Shown here: piece after piece, positions 33,511 through 43,723 of the stretch
How positions within the stretch are numbered: the stretch's first letter is position 1
How the letters are laid out: each line of letters opens with the position of its first letter
DNA from: Nitrospirota bacterium
Lineage (GTDB): Bacteria > Nitrospirota > Thermodesulfovibrionia > Thermodesulfovibrionales > Dissulfurispiraceae
Direction: 5' to 3'
Length of the DNA stretch: 64,000 nt
Assembly: GCA_963790025.1 (NCBI GenBank)
Contig: CAWBMP010000005.1
Span: 544,001 to 608,000 of the forward strand
The notes under the pieces: model-generated
What the model was told of the DNA's origin: nothing
The model's database searches: none
The model's input: only the letters and a program-made list of their open reading frames with translations
Translations under genes and position numbers: made by a program

Positions 33511-33629
33511 AGAAGTAAAAAGTAAATAGTAAGGTCAAAAAAATACAAAGTAAGAACTGAAAAGATGAGAATTTAAAAGTAAGAAGTCCAGGGCGTTAAT
33601 TTTTACTTTTCGCTTTTTACTTCTTACTT
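33511..33629. repeat. Inverted set of 7-nt tandem repeats (AAAGTAA type) between kdpB and kdpC
   Basis: GAAGTAAAAAGTAAATAGTAA...AAAGTAAGAAGT; inverse TTTTACTTTTCGCTTTTTACTTCTTACTT. Confidence 0.75.
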
Positions 33630-33650
33630 GCAGTTTAACGGAGGAATGAA

Positions 33651-34238
33651 ATGATAAAGCCTATTATTAGATCTGCTGTTGTCACGCTGGTTTTGTGTGC
33701 TGTCCTTTGTGGAGTGTACCCCCTTGCTGTTACGCTGGTTGCACGGGTCATATTCCCTGAAAAGGCAAATGGAAGTCTTATTGAGAGGACAGGCAAAATT
33801 GTTGGTTCAAGGCTGATTGGCCAGGCATTCGGCCGTCCTGAATACTTCCATGGCCGTCCCTCGGCGGCAGGGGACAAAGGGTATGATGCAACCAGTTCAG
33901 GTGGTTCAAATCTCGGCCCTACCAGCAAGAAGCTTGCGGACCGTCTGCAAACGGATATTGATGCTGTCATAAAGGAGAACCCAACGATGTCTAAAGGTAC
34001 GATACCGGTTGATCTTGTTACTGCGTCGGGGAGCGGCCTGGACCCTCATATTTCTCCGGAGGCGGCACTGGCTCAAGTTGACAGGGTCGCAAAGGTGCGG
34101 CATGCTGATCCTAAACAAATAGAGCAAGTCGTTCTTGCACAGGTGGAGGACCGTGACCTGGGCTTCCTGGGAGAAAAGCATGTCAATGTCCTGCTGCTTA
34201 ATCTCAAGCTTGACGAGAAGATGCCGCTTAACAAATAG
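33651..34238 (+). CDS. kdpC: K+-transporting ATPase subunit C
   Basis: GSRLIGQ, YFHGRPSA, SGGSNLGP, SGSGLDPHIS, VNVLLLN. Confidence 0.98.
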   Translation: MIKPIIRSAVVTLVLCAVLCGVYPLAVTLVARVIFPEKANGSLIERTGKIVGSRLIGQAFGRPEYFHGRPSAAGDKGYDATSSGGSNLGPTSKKLADRLQTDIDAVIKENPTMSKGTIPVDLVTASGSGLDPHISPEAALAQVDRVAKVRHADPKQIEQVVLAQVEDRDLGFLGEKHVNVLLLNLKLDEKMPLNK

Positions 34239-34247
34239 TATAAAAGA

Positions 34248-34343
34248 AAGTTAGAGGTTCGAGGTTAGAGGCAAAGGCCTGTTGTTCGGTTTTTTTTTGC
34301 CTTTCGTCTTCGACTTTTGCCTCCAACCTCTGATCTCTAACCT
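34248..34343. repeat. Inverted pair of 7-nt tandem repeats (AGGTTAG type)
   Basis: AAGTTAG AGGTTCG AGGTTAG AGGCAAA; inverse CTCCAAC CTCTGAT CTCTAAC CT. Confidence 0.75.
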
Positions 34344-34371
34344 TATAAACTATCTTTCGGAGGCATTAGAA

Positions 34372-35517
34372 TTGACTTTGGAGAGCACCGGCTTTGAAGC
34401 GCTTTTGGAGAGAAAGACAAAAGGCTCTCTGAAAATCTACCTTGGATATGCCGCGGGTGTCGGAAAAACCTATGAAATGCTTCAGGAGGGTCATCGTCTC
34501 AAGGAGCAGGGTTACGATGTTGTGGCGGGGTATATCGAGCCTCACGACCGCCCGGATACTATAAAGCTGATGGAAGGGATTGAAATAGTCGAGCCGCTTC
34601 GTCTCAGTATTGCCAATATTAAGGTGCTTGAGATGGACATCGAGGGTATAATTAAGCGCAACCCTCAAATAGTGCTTGTAGACGAAATGGCCCACACAAA
34701 TGCAGCGGGTTCAAAGAATGAGAAGCGATTTCAGGACGTGCTCGAAATTCTTGACCACGGCATCAATGTCATTACCACGCTAAACATCCAGCATTTTGAA
34801 ACCATCGCCGATAAGGTGGACACAGCGCTCAGAGTGCCGGTGGGGGAGCGGGTGCCTGATTATATTCTTCAGCGGGCCGACCAGATCGTCAATGTGGATG
34901 TAACTATCGAAGAACTGCGGGAGAGGCTTCGGTCCGGTAAGATATACGAAATGTCAAAAGCGGAAAGGGCGCTTGTTCAATTTTTTACACATGAGAATCT
35001 TTCTCTTCTGCGGAAATTGGCGCTCCAGGAGGCTGCTGATGACCAGCTAAGGAAGATTGAAGAGGACCGTCTTTTGTCAGAGCTGGCCGCCAAGGAAGCA
35101 GATGAGGCGGTCATGGCGGCAATGAGTTCTGGCGCTCCCAATGCAGAGGCCCTTATCAGGAAAGCGGCAAAGCTGTCAGCCAGGCTTTCAGCCCGGTGTT
35201 ATATCGTCTATGTACAGAGAAAACAGGAAGCCCCGGAACGTATTAATGCAGCCTTACAAAGAAAGCTCCTGTCCAATTTAAAGCTTGCCAAAATGCTTGG
35301 CGCCGAAGTAGTGACACTGCATGGCGAGGATGTTGCGGAAACATTGGTGAATTTTGCGCAAACCCATAAAGTGCGCCATGCGATCTTCGGCAAGACAGCC
35401 AGGTCTCCTATAAAAGAGCGGCTTTTCGGATCGGTGATTCAGGACTTCATTAATGATTCGGTGGGGATAGATGTTCACATTGTAGCCCCCACACCTTATC
35501 GGGAGGACGAAGAATGA
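34372..35517 (+). CDS. kdpD: Stand-alone KdpD N-terminal + Usp domain protein (split KdpD)
   Basis: LKIYLGYAAGVGKTY, LVDEMAHTN, TTLNIQH, C-terminal Usp domain; no TM or kinase domain; TTG start 34372 with GGAGG RBS. Confidence 0.85.
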   Translation: MTLESTGFEALLERKTKGSLKIYLGYAAGVGKTYEMLQEGHRLKEQGYDVVAGYIEPHDRPDTIKLMEGIEIVEPLRLSIANIKVLEMDIEGIIKRNPQIVLVDEMAHTNAAGSKNEKRFQDVLEILDHGINVITTLNIQHFETIADKVDTALRVPVGERVPDYILQRADQIVNVDVTIEELRERLRSGKIYEMSKAERALVQFFTHENLSLLRKLALQEAADDQLRKIEEDRLLSELAAKEADEAVMAAMSSGAPNAEALIRKAAKLSARLSARCYIVYVQRKQEAPERINAALQRKLLSNLKLAKMLGAEVVTLHGEDVAETLVNFAQTHKVRHAIFGKTARSPIKERLFGSVIQDFINDSVGIDVHIVAPTPYREDEE

Positions 35518-37307
35518 CGGTGCTTCCTCCGCTGCGAAGAAAGATACTCCACGGCTATCTCACCTTCGTTGGCGTGTTCGGGGTCATGTGTATTTTGCTC
35601 ATCCTTTCCTCTGTTTACATGGCTACGGGCCTTAGCCCAAGAATCATTCACTCCAATTACGATTCTATCGAGGCCACAAGGAAAATGCAGAAGTCGTGGA
35701 ACGCGCTTCATTTTCCCTACGCTTACCCCGGCTCACCGAAAGAAGCCTGGATCAAGCAATTTAATGATGCGTTGCATTTTGAGTTGTCTAATATTACCGA
35801 GCCTGGTGAAGATAAAATCGCCGACAGGATAGAAGAACTGTGGGACATATGGAAACGCGGCGGCGGGTCTGATGATCTGACGAGGGAAATGAACGACGAG
35901 TTCGAAAAATTGACGTTGCTTAATGAAAAAGGGATGTTTGAACTTGTCGCCAAATCAGCTAAGGTCCGGCGTGCAGTTGTCATCGGAGTTGCATTATTTT
36001 TTGCCGTTACTTTTATTATTACTCTTTTAGTGGTTGATTCACTTTCAAGCCGATTGGCAAAGCCGCTCAAAGATATCGCCGAGGTGCTCCGCTCAAAGAT
36101 AAGGCCGGGAGAGAGACTCAAACTGCCTGAACCCACGAGTCTGGAAATACGCATACTTAACGAGGAACTCACGTCATTATGGGAGAGAGTGGGCCGTTCG
36201 GAGCAGCTTAATGTTGAAAAAATTCTGAGACAAAGAAACCAGTTGGAAACACTCCTGTCTGCGGTCGAGGATGCGGTCATTGCCCTGGATGACAAGGGGC
36301 GTGTCACTCATGTGAACCAAAGAATGGCGCAACTCATCGGCCTTGGCACGGATAGTATAGTCGGCATGCTCTGGGCCGATCTTTCATCTGTTTCGGGTAA
36401 TTATATCAAGCTTCGGGAGGTGTTGAGGGAGCGGGAAAAAGAGGGCGCCCAGGTTTTCGAACTCAGGACCGAAAAAGAGGGCAATAGAAGCTTTGAGGCG
36501 CGGGTCAGGGAGGTCTCGTCTCCTTCTGGAGAACTGATTTCGACAATTTTTCTTCTCCATGATGTTACCGAGATACGCCAAAGAGAACGGCTGAAGACGG
36601 AATTCATAGGAGTGCTCTCTCATGAGCTCAAGACCCCGCTTCAGTCCCTCGGCACGGCCGTAGAACTTCTCGCACAGAAAAAAGACTCCTTTGATGAGCG
36701 GTCGCGATTTCTTATTGAGACCCTTGTGAGCGATGCCGGGCGCATACGCGCGGTTGCCAATCAGTTCATACAGGTTGATCATATGCCGGGGACTGCCATT
36801 CACATACACCCGGAGTTGACCAAAATAAGTGAACTTCTTCCCGAATGGCTCAAACCATTTGAATTGCTTGCGGCTGAGCGTTCGGTCGTTTTGCGCTATG
36901 AGAAGGCAAGCGAGGGAGATATTTGGGCCGAAATTGATCCGGCCAAATTTCCATGGGTGATCTCAAACCTGCTCACTAACTCCCTGAGGGTTTCCCCGCA
37001 TGACTCGGTTGTCGAAGTGTTCCTTTCGGTCAGCGGCGGTCATGTCGAGATCGAGGTGAGGAACCAGGGACCAAAAATACCCGAAGAGATCCGCAGGCGT
37101 ATGTTCGATCCCTATTTTAAAGGAACAGGTGAGAAAGCCGGCAGTCCCGCCCATGCTCCGGGCTATCTCGGATTGGGATTAACGATCGTTAAAGAGGTGA
37201 CCGAGGCGCACGGCGGAAGTGTAGAATACTCGGATGTTGAACCGACCGGGTCATGTTTCAGGATACTTCTGCCGATTCCCCAAATAATCGGTGACATGGG
37301 AATATGA
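35514..37307 (+). CDS. Membrane sensor histidine kinase (periplasmic sensor-HAMP-PAS-HisKA-HATPase), KinB-like
   Basis: Two TM segments, SHELKTPL, WVISNLLTN, GLGL; ATGA overlap. Confidence 0.92.
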   Translation: MTVLPPLRRKILHGYLTFVGVFGVMCILLILSSVYMATGLSPRIIHSNYDSIEATRKMQKSWNALHFPYAYPGSPKEAWIKQFNDALHFELSNITEPGEDKIADRIEELWDIWKRGGGSDDLTREMNDEFEKLTLLNEKGMFELVAKSAKVRRAVVIGVALFFAVTFIITLLVVDSLSSRLAKPLKDIAEVLRSKIRPGERLKLPEPTSLEIRILNEELTSLWERVGRSEQLNVEKILRQRNQLETLLSAVEDAVIALDDKGRVTHVNQRMAQLIGLGTDSIVGMLWADLSSVSGNYIKLREVLREREKEGAQVFELRTEKEGNRSFEARVREVSSPSGELISTIFLLHDVTEIRQRERLKTEFIGVLSHELKTPLQSLGTAVELLAQKKDSFDERSRFLIETLVSDAGRIRAVANQFIQVDHMPGTAIHIHPELTKISELLPEWLKPFELLAAERSVVLRYEKASEGDIWAEIDPAKFPWVISNLLTNSLRVSPHDSVVEVFLSVSGGHVEIEVRNQGPKIPEEIRRRMFDPYFKGTGEKAGSPAHAPGYLGLGLTIVKEVTEAHGGSVEYSDVEPTGSCFRILLPIPQIIGDMGI

Positions 37308-38647
37308 GTCAACTTCGCGTTCTTTTGGTAGATGATGATAACAATATCCGCGTGACACTTAATGTTTCATTGTCGGATATGGGGCATCATGTTGTTGCCG
37401 TGGCGTCGCTGAAAGAGGCCATAGAGGCCTTGAAAGCCGGGATTTTTGATCTTGTCCTTACGGATTTCCGTTTGGGCGGACCCACCGGAATTGACGTGAT
37501 ACGGGAGGCGAGACGTATTCAGCCCGAAGTGATTATGGTAGTGATGACCGCTTATTCTTCGATCGAAAATGCGATCCAGGTCACAAAAGAAGGGGCGTTC
37601 GATTATCTTCCGAAGCCTTTTACCAATTCCCAACTTGTTCACATGCTGGAAAAGGTCCAGACACTTATCTCTCTCAAGAGAGAGAATGAGGCATTAAGAA
37701 GCGAACGTTACCGGCCTGATTATTTCTTCGGTTTTGTTTCGACGGCAATGCAGCGGCTCGAAAAATTCGTGAATCAGGTAGCTCCGACAGACGAAACGAT
37801 ACTGATTACCGGAGAAAGCGGGACCGGTAAGACAGAACTGGCCAAACTCATTCACAGCCGCTCACGCAGGGCAGCAGGCCTATTTGTAACGGTTTCCTGT
37901 ACTACTCTCGCAGAGTCGGTCCTGGAATCCGAGCTTTTCGGGCATGTGAAGGGTGCTTTCACCGGCGCTGTAAGTGAGAAGGTGGGAAAGCTCGAACTGG
38001 CCGATAACGGCACTCTTTTCCTGGATGAGATTGGCGACCTTTCACTTTCAGCCCAGACAAGGCTTTTAAGGTTTCTTCAGGAGAAAATTATCGAGAGAGT
38101 CGGCGGAACGGATGAAATCAGGGTGAATAGCCGTATTATTGCTGCAACCAATCATGATTTAAAAGAGGCCGTAGCAAACCGGGGATTCCGGGAGGACCTG
38201 TATTACCGTCTCAATATCCTGGAAAGTTACGTGGTCCCTCTCAGGCACCGGAAAGAAGATATACCTGTATTGATTCAACGCTTCATAAAGGAGGCTGCAA
38301 CCCGGCAGGGGAAATCATATGTCCCGGTGATCCCTAAAAAAATAATGCAGAAGCTCCTTGAATATTACTGGCCCGGCAACGTCCGTGAATTGAAAAACAC
38401 ATTGGAAAGGATAGTGATTCTTACTAATGGAGAAGAGGTTGAAGATGCTTACCTTCCCCCTGCAATCCTGGCATCGAACAATACCTATGCTGACAAAGGC
38501 AAAAAGCTGAAGACCCTTGAGCAAATGGAAAAAGAGCAAATACTTGCTGTTTTGGAAGCGGAACAGAACCTGGAGAAAGCAGCCGAAATCCTCGGAATAA
38601 CTTCGGTCACTCTCTGGCGAAAACGCAAACAATACGGAATACCCTGA
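37304..38647 (+). CDS. Sigma-54-dependent response regulator (NtrC/AlgB-like)
   Basis: Receiver domain, [22 protein letters not shown], Fis-type HTH. Confidence 0.95.
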   Translation: MSQLRVLLVDDDNNIRVTLNVSLSDMGHHVVAVASLKEAIEALKAGIFDLVLTDFRLGGPTGIDVIREARRIQPEVIMVVMTAYSSIENAIQVTKEGAFDYLPKPFTNSQLVHMLEKVQTLISLKRENEALRSERYRPDYFFGFVSTAMQRLEKFVNQVAPTDETILITGESGTGKTELAKLIHSRSRRAAGLFVTVSCTTLAESVLESELFGHVKGAFTGAVSEKVGKLELADNGTLFLDEIGDLSLSAQTRLLRFLQEKIIERVGGTDEIRVNSRIIAATNHDLKEAVANRGFREDLYYRLNILESYVVPLRHRKEDIPVLIQRFIKEAATRQGKSYVPVIPKKIMQKLLEYYWPGNVRELKNTLERIVILTNGEEVEDAYLPPAILASNNTYADKGKKLKTLEQMEKEQILAVLEAEQNLEKAAEILGITSVTLWRKRKQYGIP

Positions 38648-38653
38648 AAAAAC

Positions 38654-38727
38654 AGGTAAAGGCAAAGGTGAAGGTTAAGATAAAAACAAAATAACAACAA
38701 ACGCTATGCCTGCATCTATACCTGCCT
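38654..38727. repeat. Inverted pair of 6-nt tandem repeats between convergent genes
   Basis: AGGTAA AGGCAA AGGTGA AGGTTA AGATAA; inverse arm CTATGC CTGCAT CTATAC CTGCCT. Confidence 0.65.
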
Positions 38728-40406
38728 CACATGCGGTCCGGCGCTTTGACACCGAGTATCTTCAGACCGTGGCGCAGCACTATCTGTATTGCCCGGCAGA
38801 GGGCAAGCCGGGCCCTCGTGAGTTCAATGTCTTCCGTAACGACTTTGTACTTGTGGTAATAATGGTGAAACATTCCTGCAAGTTCCTGAAGGTAGAAAGT
38901 TATCCGGTGAGGCTCATGCGCCAGCGCCGCGTTTCTGAACATCATTGGATAGAGCAGCAGCTTTTTGAGTATGCGCATTTCTTCATCATTAAAATATTCG
39001 CAGTTAAATGCGGCCAGGTACTGCTCCGGATTTTTAAGTGTCAAGTCCCCGGTCACCGCTTCCGATTCCTGTTTGGCCTTTTCAAAAATGCTGTTGATCC
39101 GTGCATGGGCATACTGGACGTAATACACCGGGTTTTCCGAGGATTGTGCTTTGGCCACTTCGATGTCCACTTCAAGATGACTGTCCGAACGGCGCGTCAA
39201 GAACAGGAACTTGGTTGTGTCTGCACCGATATCATCCATGACCTCGCGCAAGGTAATGAATTCACCGGCGCGCTTTGACATCTGTACAGGCTGCCCTCCT
39301 CTTAAAAGAGAGACCAACTGGACGAGAAGAACGCGCAAGCTGTCTTTGGTGCATCCGAGGGCCTGTATAACGGCCTGCATACGCGGGATATAGCCATGGT
39401 GGTCGGCGCCCCATATATCGATCAGCTCGTCGAACCCCCTCGCCACTTTTTTCCTGTGATAGGCTATGTCAGGTGCAAAGTAGGTGTATTCACCGTCTTT
39501 TTTGATAATGACACGGTCCTTATCATCTCCGAATGCCGTTGACTGGAACCATGTTGCGCCATCCGCCTCGTAGATATGACCGTGTTCCCTGAGATCATCG
39601 ATCGCCTGTGCCACTTCTCCTTTTTCGTATAACTCCCGTTCACTCTGCCACGTATCAAAAAAAACGCCGAAATCCTCAAGGTCTTTTTTAATGTCCCCCA
39701 GCATTTTCTGATAGGAAAAGTCGATGAAGGTCTGCGCGGCATCATCAAAGTTTTTTTCAGCAAATGTGTCGCCATATTTTTCTCTGAGGTCCTCTGCAAT
39801 GTCTTCTATATAATCACCGTGGTACCCATCCTCAGGAAAGTGACATTCAATGCCGCACAGAAGTTTGTATTTTGCAAACACGGAAATGCCGAGCAGTTTT
39901 ACCTGTCGCCCTGCATCGTTAATATAGAATTCTTTTTCGACTGCGTAGCCGGCTTCGCTCAGAAGATTGGATAGCGCCGCTCCAAGGGCGGCCCCTCTGC
40001 CGTGGCCCAAATGCATGGGGCCTGTAGGGTTGGCGCTTACAAATTCTATTTGTATTTTTTTACCGTTGCCGATATTCTCAATAAGGACTGTCTCTCCCAA
40101 TGTAAGGAGTGAAATCAGCTGTTTGCAGAGGAACAAACGCGAGAAGGTGAAGTTTATAAAGCCTGGACCTGCGATCTCTATTTTCTCGAAGATGTCGCTA
40201 TGGCCGATTGCGTTGACTATATCTTCCGCAACCTTCCTTGGCGGTTTTTTTAAAAGCTTTGTGAGGCCCATCGCGAGTGGAGCGGACAGGTCGCCGAAGC
40301 TTTCATCTTTGGGAGGCGCTATTTCTATGGCATCAAGCTGAATATTATAAACATCGTCAACTGTTTTTTGCAGAAGCCCTCTCAAGACCTTTTCCATAAC
40401 TTTCAA
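38727..40406 (-). CDS. argS: Arginine--tRNA ligase
   Basis: EFVSANPTGPMHLGHGR, WGADHHGY, MSKRAG, YVQYAHAR; start may be ATG 40397. Confidence 0.98.
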   Translation of the reverse strand: MKVMEKVLRGLLQKTVDDVYNIQLDAIEIAPPKDESFGDLSAPLAMGLTKLLKKPPRKVAEDIVNAIGHSDIFEKIEIAGPGFINFTFSRLFLCKQLISLLTLGETVLIENIGNGKKIQIEFVSANPTGPMHLGHGRGAALGAALSNLLSEAGYAVEKEFYINDAGRQVKLLGISVFAKYKLLCGIECHFPEDGYHGDYIEDIAEDLREKYGDTFAEKNFDDAAQTFIDFSYQKMLGDIKKDLEDFGVFFDTWQSERELYEKGEVAQAIDDLREHGHIYEADGATWFQSTAFGDDKDRVIIKKDGEYTYFAPDIAYHRKKVARGFDELIDIWGADHHGYIPRMQAVIQALGCTKDSLRVLLVQLVSLLRGGQPVQMSKRAGEFITLREVMDDIGADTTKFLFLTRRSDSHLEVDIEVAKAQSSENPVYYVQYAHARINSIFEKAKQESEAVTGDLTLKNPEQYLAAFNCEYFNDEEMRILKKLLLYPMMFRNAALAHEPHRITFYLQELAGMFHHYYHKYKVVTEDIELTRARLALCRAIQIVLRHGLKILGVKAPDRM

Positions 40407-40614
40407 GTCTACCTTACTTCATTTATAAAATTCTACCCGGAGAACGTATTGCTGCGTGTACAGTCACGTGTGACGAAGGATGTGCTCTTCCGCTCAGACG
40501 CTCCGCTTTTACGATTCTAAAGGCTCATCCGCTACAGCCGCAAAACTCGTAATTAGCTATTGTCAACAAGAGGGTGTCTTAAGGTAAAATAAAGAAAAAC
40601 TTGAAGGAGCATAT

Positions 40615-40836
40615 ATGTGTCTTGCAGTGCCCTCGAAGATTGTGACTATAGACGATATGATGGCAACGGTCGACGTATACGGAGCTCGCCGTGAAGTCAG
40701 CCTGCTTCTGATGCCTGAGGAGGCGTTCATAGGCGATTACGTGCTCGTACACGCGGGTTTCGCTATCAAGAAGGTTGACAGCGATGCTGCAGCAGAGGCG
40801 CTGAAGCTTATTAAAGATATCACAAACGCCTTATAG
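40615..40836 (+). CDS. hypC: Hydrogenase maturation chaperone HypC
   Basis: MCLAVP, GDYVLVHAGFAI. Confidence 0.95.
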   Translation: MCLAVPSKIVTIDDMMATVDVYGARREVSLLLMPEEAFIGDYVLVHAGFAIKKVDSDAAAEALKLIKDITNAL

Positions 40837-40918
40837 CGCAGTACGGTTCTTGCTTTGACAACTTTCTAAAAAATGGTAACATTACGTTAATACCAACTTT
40901 GAATGAGGGGTGAAAGGA

Positions 40919-41398
40919 ATGAACAAACTGTTGTTGGCAATAGACGGTTCTGAGAACTCTATGAAAGCGGTTGCTTATACGGGTCGCCAATTTTCAGGCA
41001 TAAGTGACTTGAGGATAACACTTTTTCATGTAGTGCCTTTTGTGCCTGCTTTTTTCTGGGATGACGGGCATATCCTCACCAAAGAAGAAAGGGAAGACCG
41101 CAAGATAGTTGTCGATAAATGGTTGACCAACCGGCAAACAATGGCCTGGCCCATATTCGACAAGGCCAAAGGTATCCTTCTCGGCAATGGTATAAAAGCC
41201 GAGCAGATCGAGACGAAAGTGGTATCTGATTCGACTGATATTATAGACAGTGTTCTTGAAGAGGCACACGATGGAGGTTATCAGACCCTTGTGCTGGGAC
41301 GCCGCGGCATTTCCAAGGTCGAACACCTGCTTATGGGCAGCGTCACAGCCGGAATTGTCAACCGCGGAGCAGGGATAGCGATTTGCATAGTTGAGTAA
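40919..41398 (+). CDS. Universal stress protein
   Basis: LLAIDGSENS, VLGRRG, LMGSV. Confidence 0.9.
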   Translation: MNKLLLAIDGSENSMKAVAYTGRQFSGISDLRITLFHVVPFVPAFFWDDGHILTKEEREDRKIVVDKWLTNRQTMAWPIFDKAKGILLGNGIKAEQIETKVVSDSTDIIDSVLEEAHDGGYQTLVLGRRGISKVEHLLMGSVTAGIVNRGAGIAICIVE

Positions 41399-41436
41399 AG
41401 GAATATGCGCAGTTCCTGAATTCCGGATTATCCAGC

Positions 41437-41793
41437 TTATATAGGTATGGTGGCCTTATTACCGGCGTCGTCCAGGCAGACGAAGGTCACGTTTGTGGAG
41501 AACACCCCTGTTTCGTCGCCGGTCTTAATATCTTCAACGAATACATTCACACTATACCGGACCGAAGTGTTTCCAATTTTCACTCTTTCTACGAGAAATC
41601 TCAGAATGGAACCCTCCTTTATCCCTTTCCGGAATTCAATCTTATCCATTCCTATCGTAACAAATTTGCACCCTGGAAAGTCCAAACTCGCAGCTATCCA
41701 GGCTATTTCATCAACCCATTTTAAAAGGTGGCCGCCGAATATGTAACCAAACTGATTAAGATGTTCAGGAAGGACCAATTTATAATTTTCCAT
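41437..41793 (-). CDS. Hot-dog fold acyl-CoA thioesterase
   Basis: VLPEHLNQFGYIFGG.LLKWVDE, IGNTSV, TFVCLD. Confidence 0.9.
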   Translation of the reverse strand: MENYKLVLPEHLNQFGYIFGGHLLKWVDEIAWIAASLDFPGCKFVTIGMDKIEFRKGIKEGSILRFLVERVKIGNTSVRYSVNVFVEDIKTGDETGVFSTNVTFVCLDDAGNKATIPI

Positions 41794-41841
41794 ATCTCTA
41801 TTTTATCACATTCTATTGCAAACAAAATAAACGATAGTTTA

Positions 41842-41855
41842 TTGACTTAAGTCAA
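41842..41855. promoter_or_regulatory. Crp/Fnr-family-like operator upstream of the hao-nap operon
   Basis: Perfect palindrome TTGACTTAAGTCAA, resembling TTGAT-N4-ATCAA. Confidence 0.65.
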
Positions 41856-41996
41856 AAACAATTAGGGGAAAACAATATATAATTAGCTCAAATCAGGAAT
41901 AAAAATGTCACTTATTGTAAATTTGGCCTGTTTCGACTATGATTTTAGAAAAGTAACAATAATGTAACCTTTAATTTATTTGGAAGAGGAGGTTTT

Positions 41997-43331
41997 ATGA
42001 GGCGGAAGACGGTTTTTGCGAGAGCGGCTATTTTGCTTTTTTGCATGGTTATGGTTTCCTGGGTCGGCAGGGGAGAAGCGGCGAAAGTCACGGTTTCCAA
42101 GGAGGCTCAGGCGTGTATCGGGTGTCACAAGACACAATCACCCTCTTTCGTGAGAGACTGGGAAACAAGCAGGCATGCCCAGAAGGGTGTGGACTGTTAT
42201 ACATGCCACAAGGCCGAAAAAACAAATCCCGGTGCAATGGAACATAACGGCTTTACAATAGCGGTGCTTGTGACCCCCAATGATTGCTCAAAGTGCCATC
42301 CGAAGGAAGTGCAGGAAATGACGACGAGCCACCATGCGAAGGCCGGGGATATTCTCGGTTCGCTGGACAACTATCTCGGTGAAGTTGTCGGAGGGCCGGA
42401 GGCGGCGGCAATAGGATGCGTGCAGTGCCACGGGGCAAAAGTAAAGGTGCTTGCCAACGGTAAACTCGATACTAACAGTTGGCCCAATACCGGCATTGGA
42501 CGGATCAACCCTGACGGCTCAAAGGGTGCGTGCTCTGCATGCCACACAAGGCATAGTTTTTCTAAGATGCAGGCCAGGGAGCCGGAGGCTTGCGGGAAAT
42601 GCCATCTTGGCCCGGACCATCCCCAGAAAGAAGTGTACGAAGAGTCCAAGCATGGGATTCTTTACGCTTATAGCAAGGACAAGCTTAATATGTATAGAGA
42701 GAAGTGGGTTGTGGGCAGGGACTACACTGCGGCCCCGACATGTGCAACCTGTCATATGAGTGCAACCCCTAACCAGCCGGTCACTCATGATGTAGGCGCT
42801 AGGATAAGCTGGACCCTGAGGCCGCCGGTTTCAAAGAAGCTCGAAAATGCTGATAAGAAACGGGAGAGTATGAAGGATGTCTGCAACAGTTGCCATTCTG
42901 CTCCGTTTATTGAAGGCCACTATAAACAGTTCGATAATCTTGTCAATATGTACAACGACAAGTTTGCAAAGCCCGCCACAGCAATAAGGCAGGAACTTAT
43001 AGATAAGGGTAAACTCAAGCCGAATGATTTTTCTGCCAAGCTTGAATGGATCTATTTTGAACTCTGGCATCATGAAGGCAGGAGGGCACGTCATGGCGCG
43101 GCAATGTCCGGACCTGATTACGCATGGTGGCACGGGATATATGATGTTTCAAAGAACTTCTACAGCGAGTTTATGCCCGAGGTCAAGCGGGTCGCCGGTC
43201 CGGAACTTTACGACGAGCTCGTGAAGAAGTATATAGAGCCGAATGTAAGTCATGAGTGGTTTATAAAGGGTATGAGCAAGGAGCAGCTTAAGAAAATACA
43301 GGACTACTACAAAGAGAGATACGGAAAGTAA
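41997..43331 (+). CDS. Octaheme cytochrome c, hydroxylamine oxidoreductase (HAO)-like
   Basis: Sec signal; 8 CxxCH motifs; CGKCHLGPDHPQ.EVYEESKHG, APTCATCHM, GPDYAWWHG. Confidence 0.9.
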   Translation: MRRKTVFARAAILLFCMVMVSWVGRGEAAKVTVSKEAQACIGCHKTQSPSFVRDWETSRHAQKGVDCYTCHKAEKTNPGAMEHNGFTIAVLVTPNDCSKCHPKEVQEMTTSHHAKAGDILGSLDNYLGEVVGGPEAAAIGCVQCHGAKVKVLANGKLDTNSWPNTGIGRINPDGSKGACSACHTRHSFSKMQAREPEACGKCHLGPDHPQKEVYEESKHGILYAYSKDKLNMYREKWVVGRDYTAAPTCATCHMSATPNQPVTHDVGARISWTLRPPVSKKLENADKKRESMKDVCNSCHSAPFIEGHYKQFDNLVNMYNDKFAKPATAIRQELIDKGKLKPNDFSAKLEWIYFELWHHEGRRARHGAAMSGPDYAWWHGIYDVSKNFYSEFMPEVKRVAGPELYDELVKKYIEPNVSHEWFIKGMSKEQLKKIQDYYKERYGK

Positions 43332-43365
43332 GAGCGGTTCCGATGTTGGTTACAAGGAGGCGTCT

Positions 43366-43722
43366 GTGACAAAATTGATATTTTTTATTCTTCTTATATT
43401 TGCAATGCCAGTTGCAGTTATCGCAAAGGAGATAAGGCATATCAAGATTCCTGCGGACAGTGAGTGTGCCGAGTGCCATAGCGCTCAGACACAGGTATGG
43501 GAGAACGGAAAGCACGGACTTATGGGTGTCAAATGCGTAGTATGCCATGGAGATCCCGGCACAGATTTTGTGGTTAAGGCCGGTATTTACCGCTGCAGGG
43601 CATGTCATGCTGAGCAGACGAGCGATGTCGAGAAGAAGCTTCCTCCTAAAGTACGGGACTGTTTTTTGTGTCACGATGCGCATTCTGTAACGGCCCGGTT
43701 TCATATTAAAGGAGGAAAATAA
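43366..43722 (+). CDS. Small tetraheme cytochrome c (NapM-like)
   Basis: Signal peptide; CAECH, CVVCH, CRACH, CFLCH; directly before napA. Confidence 0.85.
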   Translation: MTKLIFFILLIFAMPVAVIAKEIRHIKIPADSECAECHSAQTQVWENGKHGLMGVKCVVCHGDPGTDFVVKAGIYRCRACHAEQTSDVEKKLPPKVRDCFLCHDAHSVTARFHIKGGK

Positions 43723-43723
43723 T

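Noticed and set aside
33511..33629. Possible CRISPR array or VNTR
   Set aside because: Units are 6-7 nt and degenerate, with no repeat-spacer structure and no cas genes.
34282..34371. N-terminal extension of kdpD in the ORF track
   Set aside because: Translation of the pyrimidine repeat arm; a GGAGG RBS supports TTG 34372.
40420..40560. T-box-like leader of argS
   Set aside because: No T-box motif visible; looks like a decayed repeat remnant.
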